IMG/VR virus record: IMGVR_UViG_3300045557_000069
Span: 1 to 33,829 of that record
Strand: one strand, 5' to 3'
DNA from: a virus
Lineage: Duplodnaviria > Caudoviricetes
Length of the DNA stretch: 33,829 nt
A program made the position numbers and the translations under genes. This document shows positions 26,718 through 33,829 of this stretch, piece by piece. Within the stretch, counting starts at the first letter, position 1. Each line of letters opens with the position of its first letter. The notes under the pieces were generated by a model. That model made no database searches, was not told where the DNA came from, and was given only the letters and a program-made list of their open reading frames with translations.

Positions 26718-27806
26718 ATGGGAACTCAGAAAATTCTGATTAAAAAATCAACAGTTACCGGCAAGGTTCCCCTGCCGGATGATCTGGACATCGGGGAATT
26801 GGCCGTAAATACGGCTGATCCGAAGTTATACACAAAACATAACGATGGTACAATCAAGGACCTGACACCTGGACAGAATACTACAGTAACTTTTGATGAG
26901 GCAAGTAACCGGGCTACAATAAATACAGGAGAATCCCTTGTAGTCTTATTTGGTAAGCTGAAAAAATGGTTCACGGATTTTGGATCACTTGCGTGGAAAT
27001 CTGCCGTAAGCTGGTCTACAGATATAACAGGGAAACCTACAACCATTTCCGGGTATGGTATCACAGATGCCTATACGAAAACCGAAGTGGATAATAAGGT
27101 TGCAGCTGTGTATAAGTATAAGGGCTCAGTTGCATCTTATGCAAACCTGCCTTCGACAGGATTAACAGCCGGTGATGTATATAATTGTACAGATACGGGG
27201 ATGAATTATGGATGGACCGGGTCGGCATGGGATGCGTTAGGGGTTACTTATAGCGTAGCAACACAAAGTGTATCGGGGCTGATGTCTTCAACCGATAAAA
27301 CGAAACTGGATGGAATAGCGGCAGGGGCTCAGGTGAATAATATCTCAAACACAAATGCGACGGCATTAACAGGAGGAGGAAACACAACGCTGCATAAGCA
27401 TTCGTTTGCTAATTTGGATAGTAAACCAACAAACATTTCAGGGTACGGCATTACTGATGCTTACACAAAAACCGAAATAGATAATAAAATACCTTCTAAT
27501 TCTTTAAGTACAGGAAGTATTTATGATTCTTCTGTACAGCTTTATTCAGACATAAATCACAGAATTATTAATTGCAATTTCCCTTCATCTTGTGCTTTAA
27601 GTTTTGGTGCTTCTGTACCAACCGGATGGACTGGAATTTTTGTGTTTAGAAACCCGAACAGTACTTCCAGACAAATTACATCCTCGTTTCAGGAGATGCC
27701 ATCTCCGTTTACTATTCCGGCCTATTCACAGGTTGCAATTATGTTTTTCGGGGATCAGACATACTATCCTTATGCCTTAATTTTAGGAGTTTCAGCACTT
27801 TCATAA
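26718..27806 (+). CDS. tail fibre / receptor-binding protein
   Basis: ILIKKSTVTGKVP...LDIGELAVNTAD.KLY N-terminus, TGESL..LFGKLKKWFTD, GYGITDA repeats, GLMSSTDKTKLDGI, distinct C-terminal domain. Confidence 0.85.
   Translation: MGTQKILIKKSTVTGKVPLPDDLDIGELAVNTADPKLYTKHNDGTIKDLTPGQNTTVTFDEASNRATINTGESLVVLFGKLKKWFTDFGSLAWKSAVSWSTDITGKPTTISGYGITDAYTKTEVDNKVAAVYKYKGSVASYANLPSTGLTAGDVYNCTDTGMNYGWTGSAWDALGVTYSVATQSVSGLMSSTDKTKLDGIAAGAQVNNISNTNATALTGGGNTTLHKHSFANLDSKPTNISGYGITDAYTKTEIDNKIPSNSLSTGSIYDSSVQLYSDINHRIINCNFPSSCALSFGASVPTGWTGIFVFRNPNSTSRQITSSFQEMPSPFTIPAYSQVAIMFFGDQTYYPYALILGVSALS
27027..27311 (+). repeat. 285-bp tail module, copy 2 (partial third copy at 27423-27488)
   Basis: Aligns to 24092-24376. 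Confidence 0.95.
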
Positions 27807-27834
27807 AATAAAACATTATTAAACAATAAAAAAA

Positions 27835-28323
27835 ATGAATGCAAATTTTGATCACATTTTCGTAGTATTATGGATGTTATTCGGCATCTATATACTTGTA
27901 TTAGTTGCCGTTTTTGCGGACTTATGGAGTGGAGTGAGAAAAGCGAGGAGGTTGAAAAATGTTCGTACATCGGAAGGATACAAACGAACAGTGACCAAAC
28001 TTGCAAAATATTACAATACTCTTATTGCTCTTACCGTAATTGATGCAATGCAAATTGTTGGTATTTGGTACCTCGATGCATATTACGGGTATAAAATACC
28101 GATTATTCCTATTGTTACTCTATTTGGGGCAATCGGAATAGGATTAATTGAAATTAAGTCTATATACGAAAACCGGGGAGATAATTCCGAGTTCGATGAC
28201 ATTGCAAAACTGGCCGGGAAACTCTATGCAAACAAAGATGATGCTGAAGCATTGACAGCCGCCCTAATGGAATTTCTTAAAACTAAGAAGAAAGATGAGA
28301 GAACTAATAAAGCAGGTAGCTAA
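27835..28323 (+). CDS. holin
   Basis: DLWSGVRKA.....TSEGYKRTV.K, three TM segments, IEIKSIYEN; upstream of the endolysin. Confidence 0.88.
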   Translation: MNANFDHIFVVLWMLFGIYILVLVAVFADLWSGVRKARRLKNVRTSEGYKRTVTKLAKYYNTLIALTVIDAMQIVGIWYLDAYYGYKIPIIPIVTLFGAIGIGLIEIKSIYENRGDNSEFDDIAKLAGKLYANKDDAEALTAALMEFLKTKKKDERTNKAGS

Positions 28324-28840
28324 AGAGTTCTCTCTCGACTGGAAAGCCCTTGCCGCTTTTGTCTCTGTTGAGTCAGGCGGTAAGGGATTCAGCGAAGATG
28401 GCAGGTTAATTATCCAGTTTGAGCCGGCATGGTTCCGGAAGCTGGAACCTTATGCACCTTCCGGTAAATGGAGCCTTAACGGGGTTGAGCGGCAGCGGCA
28501 GGAATGGGAGGCATTTAACGATGCATGGAAATACTCCCCGGAGGTGGCAATGCAATCCACATCGATTGGGCTCGGCCAGATCATGGGCTTTCACTGGAAG
28601 AGGCTCGGATATTCATCTGTCGGGGCCATGTGGGATGATGCAAAGCGCGGAATCGAAAGACAATTGTGGCAGCTTGCCAAATTCATCGCTACAGACAAAA
28701 CTCTCTTAAAATATCTGCGGGATAAAAATTGGACAATGGTGGCAACAATATTCAACGGTTCAAAATTCCGGGAGATTGCAAAAAAATACGGACGTACTTC
28801 GTATGATATTTCGATGAAATTAGAATATGAAAAATTATGA
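28295..28840 (+). CDS. endolysin, N-acetylmuramidase (DUF3380-like)
   Basis: VESGG.GF, FEP.WF, STSIGLGQIMGFHW..LGY, FNG. Confidence 0.9.
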   Translation: MRELIKQVAKEFSLDWKALAAFVSVESGGKGFSEDGRLIIQFEPAWFRKLEPYAPSGKWSLNGVERQRQEWEAFNDAWKYSPEVAMQSTSIGLGQIMGFHWKRLGYSSVGAMWDDAKRGIERQLWQLAKFIATDKTLLKYLRDKNWTMVATIFNGSKFREIAKKYGRTSYDISMKLEYEKL

Positions 28841-29436
28841 CAAAATACCTTATAGGCTTAATTATAATTATGGGGATCATCATTGCAATGATGTATCAGT
28901 CCATGACCGATGCACAGGAGAAAAAGCAGGTGGCAGAAAGTAATATTGCCGCGCTGACATCGAAGATTGATGTGTACAAAATTGAAAACAATCAGCTGGT
29001 ATATAAAATCAGGGGCTTAGAATTATCTGAGCGCACTTTTAAACAGCTTTTTGATTCTCTCTATATGGAAGCATCTGACCTGAAGCTGAGGTTAAAAAAC
29101 GCTCAGTCGGTAACGAAAATTGTAACGAAAATTGAGTACAAGAATAAAGACAGTATAGTATATATCCCGATTGTAGATTCGCAGAGTAATTCAAAAAAAT
29201 ATATTATAGCTGAGCCGTTTCTCAAGGCTGAGGTTCTCACGACAAAAGATTCGATAATATTGCCGGGAAACTTCAAAATAATAGACATACCAAATCAGCA
29301 ATTGTCGGTGCCGGTGATAGAATACAGGGGGTGGTGGTTCTGGAGAAAGCCGAAGGCGGTAGTGGTCCATATAACAAATACAAATCCTTACATTCAGGTC
29401 ACGGACGGAATATATATCGATCTTAGTAGAAAATAA
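28837..29436 (+). CDS. putative spanin-like lysis accessory protein
   Basis: N-terminal TM, coiled coil, WWFW..NPY C-terminus; follows the endolysin. Confidence 0.65.
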   Translation: MTKYLIGLIIIMGIIIAMMYQSMTDAQEKKQVAESNIAALTSKIDVYKIENNQLVYKIRGLELSERTFKQLFDSLYMEASDLKLRLKNAQSVTKIVTKIEYKNKDSIVYIPIVDSQSNSKKYIIAEPFLKAEVLTTKDSIILPGNFKIIDIPNQQLSVPVIEYRGWWFWRKPKAVVVHITNTNPYIQVTDGIYIDLSRK

Positions 29437-29465
29437 CACAGGTATCAAAATAATTTTGACAACTC

Positions 29466-29491
29466 AAAGAGGCTTAGCGGCCTCTTTTTTT
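29466..29491 (+). terminator. Rho-independent terminator of the late operon
   Basis: AAAGAGGC-ttagcg-GCCTCTTT followed by a T run. Confidence 0.85.
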
Positions 29492-29582
29492 AATTATGTA
29501 ACTATTATGTTATATGGCAGTGTAACGTAATAAGCATATAATTAGCTACATGCGCTTATTAGGCGGTTTTTATTACTAATTA

Positions 29583-29638
29583 ATTTACAAAAAGCAAAGA
29601 AAAATATTTGCTTTTTGTAAATATTTGTTTTATCTTTG
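29583..29638 (+). promoter_or_regulatory. consensus Bacteroidota promoter overlapped by a perfect 16-bp inverted repeat
   Basis: TTTG 29607-29610, 20-nt spacer, TATCTTTG 29631-29638; IR arms 29583-29598 and 29607-29622. Confidence 0.85.
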
Positions 29639-29708
29639 TTCTAACAAAAAGGAAATAAAAACTTTTAACCCCGGCAGAGCCAGCCGGTCAACAAAACGGG
29701 CAGAAAAT

Positions 29709-30413
29709 ATGAAAACACAAATTCAAAGAGACATCTACAATGCAATTCAAATGGACTCTCTTAACGAAAAAACAAGAAAACAAGTTGTTAGCTTATTTAA
29801 AGAGGCAGCAAGCGCCGAAAAGGTAGATGAACACGGCACCTGGGATTTCGGAGCTGATTTCGACAGCAAGGGCCGCGGATCAGCACTTAACTGGGACCTT
29901 TACGGAGTGGGAAGAGATATTCACAGCAAAAGGTTGCTTATTGTAATTCAAGTAAGACAGTATGTTAAGGCGAGGAAAAACTATTTTCCTCAAATCCGTA
30001 AATCTTATTTCCTAATCGGAAGAAACGAAGATAATCACGCTTTTGCTCATGCTGTTGAAAGCAGAGTAATACATAGCGCAATAAGCAAGGGAAAGGACGT
30101 TGTTAAATCCGTGCAGGATTGGATTTTTGGATGTGATTATGAAAAGGTGATAAGACAGGGAGATCTGGCAATGATTCCGGTTAAGAAGCTAAATCCTGCA
30201 GCTGTCACACTTCCCGGAGAAAAGCATCTTATTGAAAACTCACATGAACTGACATCTGTAGATATAAGAAAAAACGGTGAAGTATATGCAGTTAATCCGC
30301 TCCTTATCCACTTGCCCGGTACACACCCGGCCGTGCAGGGAACTGGGTGGTATAAAATAGTAGTAGGAAAAAGAGCAGCACACTGGGATTTTGCAGCTCC
30401 CACAATAGACTAA
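29709..30413 (+). CDS. hypothetical protein with C-terminal RQGD/His-rich domain
   Basis: ATG 29709 (the track TTG at 29625 lies inside the promoter); RQGDL...SHEL...IHLPGTHP...GWYKIV. Confidence 0.75.
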   Translation: MKTQIQRDIYNAIQMDSLNEKTRKQVVSLFKEAASAEKVDEHGTWDFGADFDSKGRGSALNWDLYGVGRDIHSKRLLIVIQVRQYVKARKNYFPQIRKSYFLIGRNEDNHAFAHAVESRVIHSAISKGKDVVKSVQDWIFGCDYEKVIRQGDLAMIPVKKLNPAAVTLPGEKHLIENSHELTSVDIRKNGEVYAVNPLLIHLPGTHPAVQGTGWYKIVVGKRAAHWDFAAPTID

Positions 30414-30426
30414 AACTAAGAAAAAT

Positions 30427-30612
30427 ATGAAAATTGAAAGATTTCTGATTTGTAAAAACCCCCTTGTAAAAGAGGGGGCTACTTACATTCTATGTACAAG
30501 GCCAATTGTATTATTTAATACAGATTTTGAAATTATTATTGGAGAGGCTGATGAAGGGTTAATTAATCGAGCAAAAGACTGGTATAAATCAGTACAACTT
30601 AAAGAAAAATAA
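30427..30612 (+). CDS. small hypothetical protein
   Basis: 61 aa with an A-rich leader; tightly coupled to the next gene. Confidence 0.7.
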   Translation: MKIERFLICKNPLVKEGATYILCTRPIVLFNTDFEIIIGEADEGLINRAKDWYKSVQLKEK

Positions 30613-30613
30613 C

Positions 30614-31711
30614 ATGGATCAGATATTACAACCCATAATTGATTTTTACAAAAAAACTGGAAAAGTACCGGGGAAGAGAGATATACCTTCCGGAAAAATT
30701 TTATGGAAATATAAAACATGGTCAAAAGCTATTGAGGCGGCGGGATTAAAGCCAAAACGGGTTGTAAATCCTTCTGAAGATCAGGTAATAAATTCACTGA
30801 AAAGATTTTCTGCTGAATATGACAGAAGTCCCCGTGCTGAAGATTGTAATAAGATAGAATATATGTATGATACAAAAACATACATTAGTGCTTTAAATGT
30901 AAAAACATGGGCTGAGGTATTAGAACGTGCCGGGCTTGAGAAATATTTTAGTATATCAGATGATATTAATTTGTCTGATGAAGAGTTGCTTTCAAAGGTG
31001 AGAACTCTTTTAGAATCTAAAGGAGAGACATCAGTCAATGCGTATGAGAAAAACAAAGGTACTTTACCATCTTCGACATATCTATGTCAGAGGTTCAGGT
31101 CATGGCAAACAATGTTAAAATTATGCAATCTCGAATTAAATGTTGATAAGTATGATAACAATGAATTATTATCTATGATTATTAATGTATCGAAAGAGCT
31201 TGACAGGACACCATCTACAACAGAACTTGAAAAATTTACCGGAATAGCTTTAAGAAACTGGACAAAAAGGTTTGGAAGCTATAATAATATATTGAACTCC
31301 CTGAAAATAGAACCTGCACATAAAACACCTGCAAATGTTCAGGAATCGGATGACGAGCTTATGAATATGTATATTGAGTTTTCAAATAAGTTTAATTTTA
31401 AAAGTGGGGCCCCTTCCAGAATCCTCGATGAATCTCCTGAAATATATTCGTCAGATGTATTTGCTATACGTTTCGGGTCAATGAATGCACTGAGGGAAAA
31501 ATGCGGATTCCCTGAAGTAAGGCGAGGGGTGGCAAAATATACAGAAAAACAAATACTTAATGAACTTAAAGAATTATATTATTCATTAAACAGAATGCCA
31601 ACTGTTCGAGATTTAAAAGAAAGCAATTTACCTGCTATTTCAACAATCCTTAGATATTGTAAAACAACAAGTATAAAAGAAGCATTTACAAAAGCATTAA
31701 ATATTAAATAA
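30614..31711 (+). CDS. protein of six homing-endonuclease-associated repeats, no nuclease domain
   Basis: Repeating L...Y...GR.P.........RFGSW..AL...GL units; no HNH or GIY-YIG motif seen. Confidence 0.8.
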   Translation: MDQILQPIIDFYKKTGKVPGKRDIPSGKILWKYKTWSKAIEAAGLKPKRVVNPSEDQVINSLKRFSAEYDRSPRAEDCNKIEYMYDTKTYISALNVKTWAEVLERAGLEKYFSISDDINLSDEELLSKVRTLLESKGETSVNAYEKNKGTLPSSTYLCQRFRSWQTMLKLCNLELNVDKYDNNELLSMIINVSKELDRTPSTTELEKFTGIALRNWTKRFGSYNNILNSLKIEPAHKTPANVQESDDELMNMYIEFSNKFNFKSGAPSRILDESPEIYSSDVFAIRFGSMNALREKCGFPEVRRGVAKYTEKQILNELKELYYSLNRMPTVRDLKESNLPAISTILRYCKTTSIKEAFTKALNIK

Positions 31712-31712
31712 T

Positions 31713-32162
31713 ATGATAACAAAATCTATTAAAATTACTGAGAGTCAGGAGAAATATTTACTTGACAATCATAAAAATGTTAATCAGGGGATTCAGAACT
31801 GTATTAATAATGCCATGTTCCCCGGCCTCGATATTGAGATATTGAAATACATACGGAACTATTCGCGAAAAGAACTTAAAGGGAAATTTACAAAGGAGGA
31901 GTGGTATTTCTTTTTCGACTCCTTAAATGGCAGTATTATAGATGCTATATTTAGGTGTAATGTTGGAGCATTAGCCGCTCACTGTGAGGACGCTGAGGCG
32001 TTTGAGGGGGCTGCAAAAAGATATAACGTGGATATAACTGAATTAATAGAAAAATGTAAAACTCTTACCGGGGCTCAGGTAGATGCATTATATACTTTTG
32101 TAGAGGAGTTTTGGAATGATGAGAACAGGGATTTGGAGAAATATTCAAAAGAATTATCCTGA
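31713..32162 (+). CDS. putative autoregulator (ribbon-helix-helix-like N-terminus)
   Basis: MITKSIKITESQEKYL...VNQGIQNCI has the alternating beta-strand then helix-helix pattern; last large gene of the operon. Confidence 0.55.
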   Translation: MITKSIKITESQEKYLLDNHKNVNQGIQNCINNAMFPGLDIEILKYIRNYSRKELKGKFTKEEWYFFFDSLNGSIIDAIFRCNVGALAAHCEDAEAFEGAAKRYNVDITELIEKCKTLTGAQVDALYTFVEEFWNDENRDLEKYSKELS

Positions 32163-32231
32163 TGTTTGAAAATTCAAATAAATTAAATACTTTTAATTTG
32201 TAGAGATCGGTAGAAACCAATTTTTTTTATC

Positions 32232-32330
32232 ATGTATAATAAACAATTATATTTTTTAATTGCATTATTTGATTTACTAGAAATTTATTATGATCCCGCA
32301 GAATTTTGCGAATTTGAATGGCATAAATAA
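32232..32330 (+). CDS. 32-aa small protein candidate
   Basis: MYNKQLYFLIALFDLLEIYYDPAEFCEFEWHK; stop is 6 nt before a terminator. Confidence 0.4.
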   Translation: MYNKQLYFLIALFDLLEIYYDPAEFCEFEWHK

Positions 32331-32336
32331 TTATTT

Positions 32337-32363
32337 AAGAACCTCAAAATTGGGGTTCTTTTT
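32337..32363 (+). terminator. Rho-independent terminator
   Basis: AAGAACCTCA-aaat-TGGGGTTCTT followed by TTT. Confidence 0.75.
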
Positions 32364-32377
32364 GTTTATTATTTATG

Positions 32378-32410
32378 AAAAATAGGGGAGTAAGTGTTAC
32401 TCCCCAAAAA
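32378..32410 (-). terminator. terminator for int-yodC
   Basis: GGGGAGTAA-gtg-TTACTCCCC stem at 32385-32405 with a T-rich tail on the minus strand. Confidence 0.75.
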
Positions 32411-32412
32411 AG

Positions 32413-32598
32413 TCATAAAACACTTCCTAGTTTTACTGGAGCATGAAATATTAATACCTCTGAATTAAATGTAGCACCTTTGATTTCGTCGTTATTAAAC
32501 CATTGACACGAAATTTCATCGCTATCAATTGCGTAAATAGTCATTAAAGGTCCACCAGATCTTAATTTTACTGTATCACCAACTTTAAATTCAGCCAT
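32413..32598 (-). CDS. YodC / DUF2158 family protein
   Basis: FKVGDTVKLRSGGPLMTI......CQWF......F..EVL. Confidence 0.88.
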   Translation of the reverse strand: MAEFKVGDTVKLRSGGPLMTIYAIDSDEISCQWFNNDEIKGATFNSEVLIFHAPVKLGSVL

Positions 32599-32617
32599 TT
32601 TTTACACCTCCTTTTAA

Positions 32618-33829
32618 TTATTTAAAGAATTCATGATTCGCTAATATCTGAGCATTCTGTTCTTTAGACACTTTGATATATTTCATAAAATCTTTTTCAG
32701 TTCTGTGGCCGGTAATAGCCATAATCGCTATAGATGGAATTCCGGCTAAGTACATATTAGTTGCTCCAGATCTTCGGGCAGTATGAGTGCTTATTAATGA
32801 GTATTTAGGTAAGAATTCAGTAACCTTTTTGCCGGATCTTGTAATTGTTTTTGGTATCATGCTATCTATTCCGGCTAGTTTACCAATTTCCTTAATATAC
32901 CTGTTTAAAACAACATCAGTAATTGTTGGGACTTTATAATTGTATCTCTCAAATATTTCCTTTATAATTGGGTGTAATGGAACAACTATTTTAGTACCTG
33001 TTTTTTGAGTCGTTTTATAAATTAATCCTTCAATAATATTGTCTTTTGTAAGCTTGCTAAAGTCGGAAAATCGCATTGCAGTATAGCATCCAATAAGAAA
33101 TATATCACGTGCCTTTAATAGTCTGCCATTTAATGTCAGATTTTTGATTGCATCAAGTTCTGATGTAGTTAAATAAATTGAATCGGAGGTTTCGGAGCTT
33201 TTTTTAATATTATTAATTGAATCATCAATAGTGTATTTTTGTTTTTTTGCTTGATGTAGGACCGCTTTAATGTTTTTGATCTGTAAGCCACAATAGTTAA
33301 GTGTCGGTAATTGACCTTTATATTTACCTCTTGTTATGACTTTCTTGGAAAATTTTGAACTAAATAATTCAATATATGTATAATCAATGTTTTCGATTTT
33401 TACTTTGTTATCCATTAATTCCTTTATTGCCCGAAGAGTAGTGATATAGGAATTAATGTTTGTTCTATTTGAATTATCTTGAATATAATGAGTAAAATAG
33501 TTGATAAAGTTATTATCATCATGCGAAGTCTTATTTAACTTTTTATCAAGTTCATTTTTTAACTGCTGAGGTGTTGGTACAAAATCCGTAAATGAATCAA
33601 ATACATCTTTAAATGCTCTGTCAAATTGATCCAGTTTTCTATTTATTGATTTTGCTCTTTGAAACTCTCTAATTTCTCTTACTCTTTGAATATCTTTATT
33701 CCAATATTTTGTTTGAATAGTTTCTGAAACAGAATATTTGAATGGTTTTTTTGCACCATAAAAAGCAAACATATAAATTAGTGAAAATTCCTTATTGGAT
33801 TCTTTAAGAAGAAAGCTTATTGATAACAT
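32618..33829 (-). CDS. int: tyrosine integrase (Bacteroidota type with arm-binding and SAM-like domains)
   Basis: Catalytic residues TAMRFSD (R), QKTG (K), HTARR (HxxR), GHRT (H), KYIK (Y). Confidence 0.96.
   Translation of the reverse strand: MLSISFLLKESNKEFSLIYMFAFYGAKKPFKYSVSETIQTKYWNKDIQRVREIREFQRAKSINRKLDQFDRAFKDVFDSFTDFVPTPQQLKNELDKKLNKTSHDDNNFINYFTHYIQDNSNRTNINSYITTLRAIKELMDNKVKIENIDYTYIELFSSKFSKKVITRGKYKGQLPTLNYCGLQIKNIKAVLHQAKKQKYTIDDSINNIKKSSETSDSIYLTTSELDAIKNLTLNGRLLKARDIFLIGCYTAMRFSDFSKLTKDNIIEGLIYKTTQKTGTKIVVPLHPIIKEIFERYNYKVPTITDVVLNRYIKEIGKLAGIDSMIPKTITRSGKKVTEFLPKYSLISTHTARRSGATNMYLAGIPSIAIMAITGHRTEKDFMKYIKVSKEQNAQILANHEFFK

Larger units (their letters stand above)
1..33829. 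mobile_element. HK97-like temperate siphophage (prophage), probable Bacteroidota host
   Basis: Ordered immunity, replication, packaging, head, tail, lysis and integrase modules; cos region lies internally, as expected for an integrated cos phage; att sites are outside the window. Confidence 0.95.

Noticed and set aside
24092-27311. Diversity-generating retroelement TR/VR pair
   Set aside because: Differences are mostly synonymous third-position changes, not adenine-specific; both copies are coding; no reverse transcriptase in the window.
22085-27806. Invertible tail-fibre shufflon
   Set aside because: All fibre genes and repeats are in direct orientation; no invertase or inverted crossover sites seen.
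29625-29708. TTG-initiated N-terminal extension of the 29709 gene
   Set aside because: The TTG lies upstream of the -7 box and so would not be transcribed from this promoter.
128-31056. Numerous short overlapping or antisense ORFs in the track (e.g. 128-316, 8377-8721, 12312-12710, 16157-16663, 20372-20800, 26726-27064)
   Set aside because: Shadows of well-supported genes, with no motifs or independent expression signals.
1-33829. CRISPR array, tRNA or rRNA genes
   Set aside because: Intergenic gaps are short and show no repeat-spacer periodicity or cloverleaf pattern by eye.
1-33829. Stop-codon reassignment
   Set aside because: Genes are full length under the standard bacterial code, and TAG, TGA and TAA all terminate genes.

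Overview
The window is a near-complete, HK97-like temperate siphophage (prophage), trimmed from the stop codon of a dinD-like gene to the start codon of a tyrosine integrase; no att sites are visible. TAnnTTTG promoter boxes, scarce Shine-Dalgarno motifs and the gene families point to a Bacteroidota host (inference). The layout, left to right: (1) a leftward AT-rich accessory arm behind the S24/LexA-type repressor, encoding a lipoprotein, a membrane-anchored BRCT protein, a DUF2971-like protein, a TIR protein, a small protein, an Mrr-like nuclease and DinD; (2) the immunity switch and early genes (Cro, LuxR, Xis, DUF4373 initiator with iterons, DnaC-like loader); (3) HNH, cos, terminase, head and tail genes, including a -1 frameshift chaperone; (4) modular tail fibres; (5) lysis genes; (6) a self-contained 4-gene operon with a consensus promoter and a perfect 16-bp inverted-repeat operator, resembling anti-defence (acr-aca-like) loci; (7) yodC-like and integrase genes. 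The best leads are the BRCT/DUF2971/TIR/Mrr/DinD cassette as a candidate prophage defence system, the operator-controlled operon with a nuclease-less six-repeat protein, a 16-bp sequence shared exactly by the cI and dinD start sites, and a duplicated, purifying-selected tail module with DGGTF chain motifs. All family calls come from motif recognition by eye; no database searches were run.
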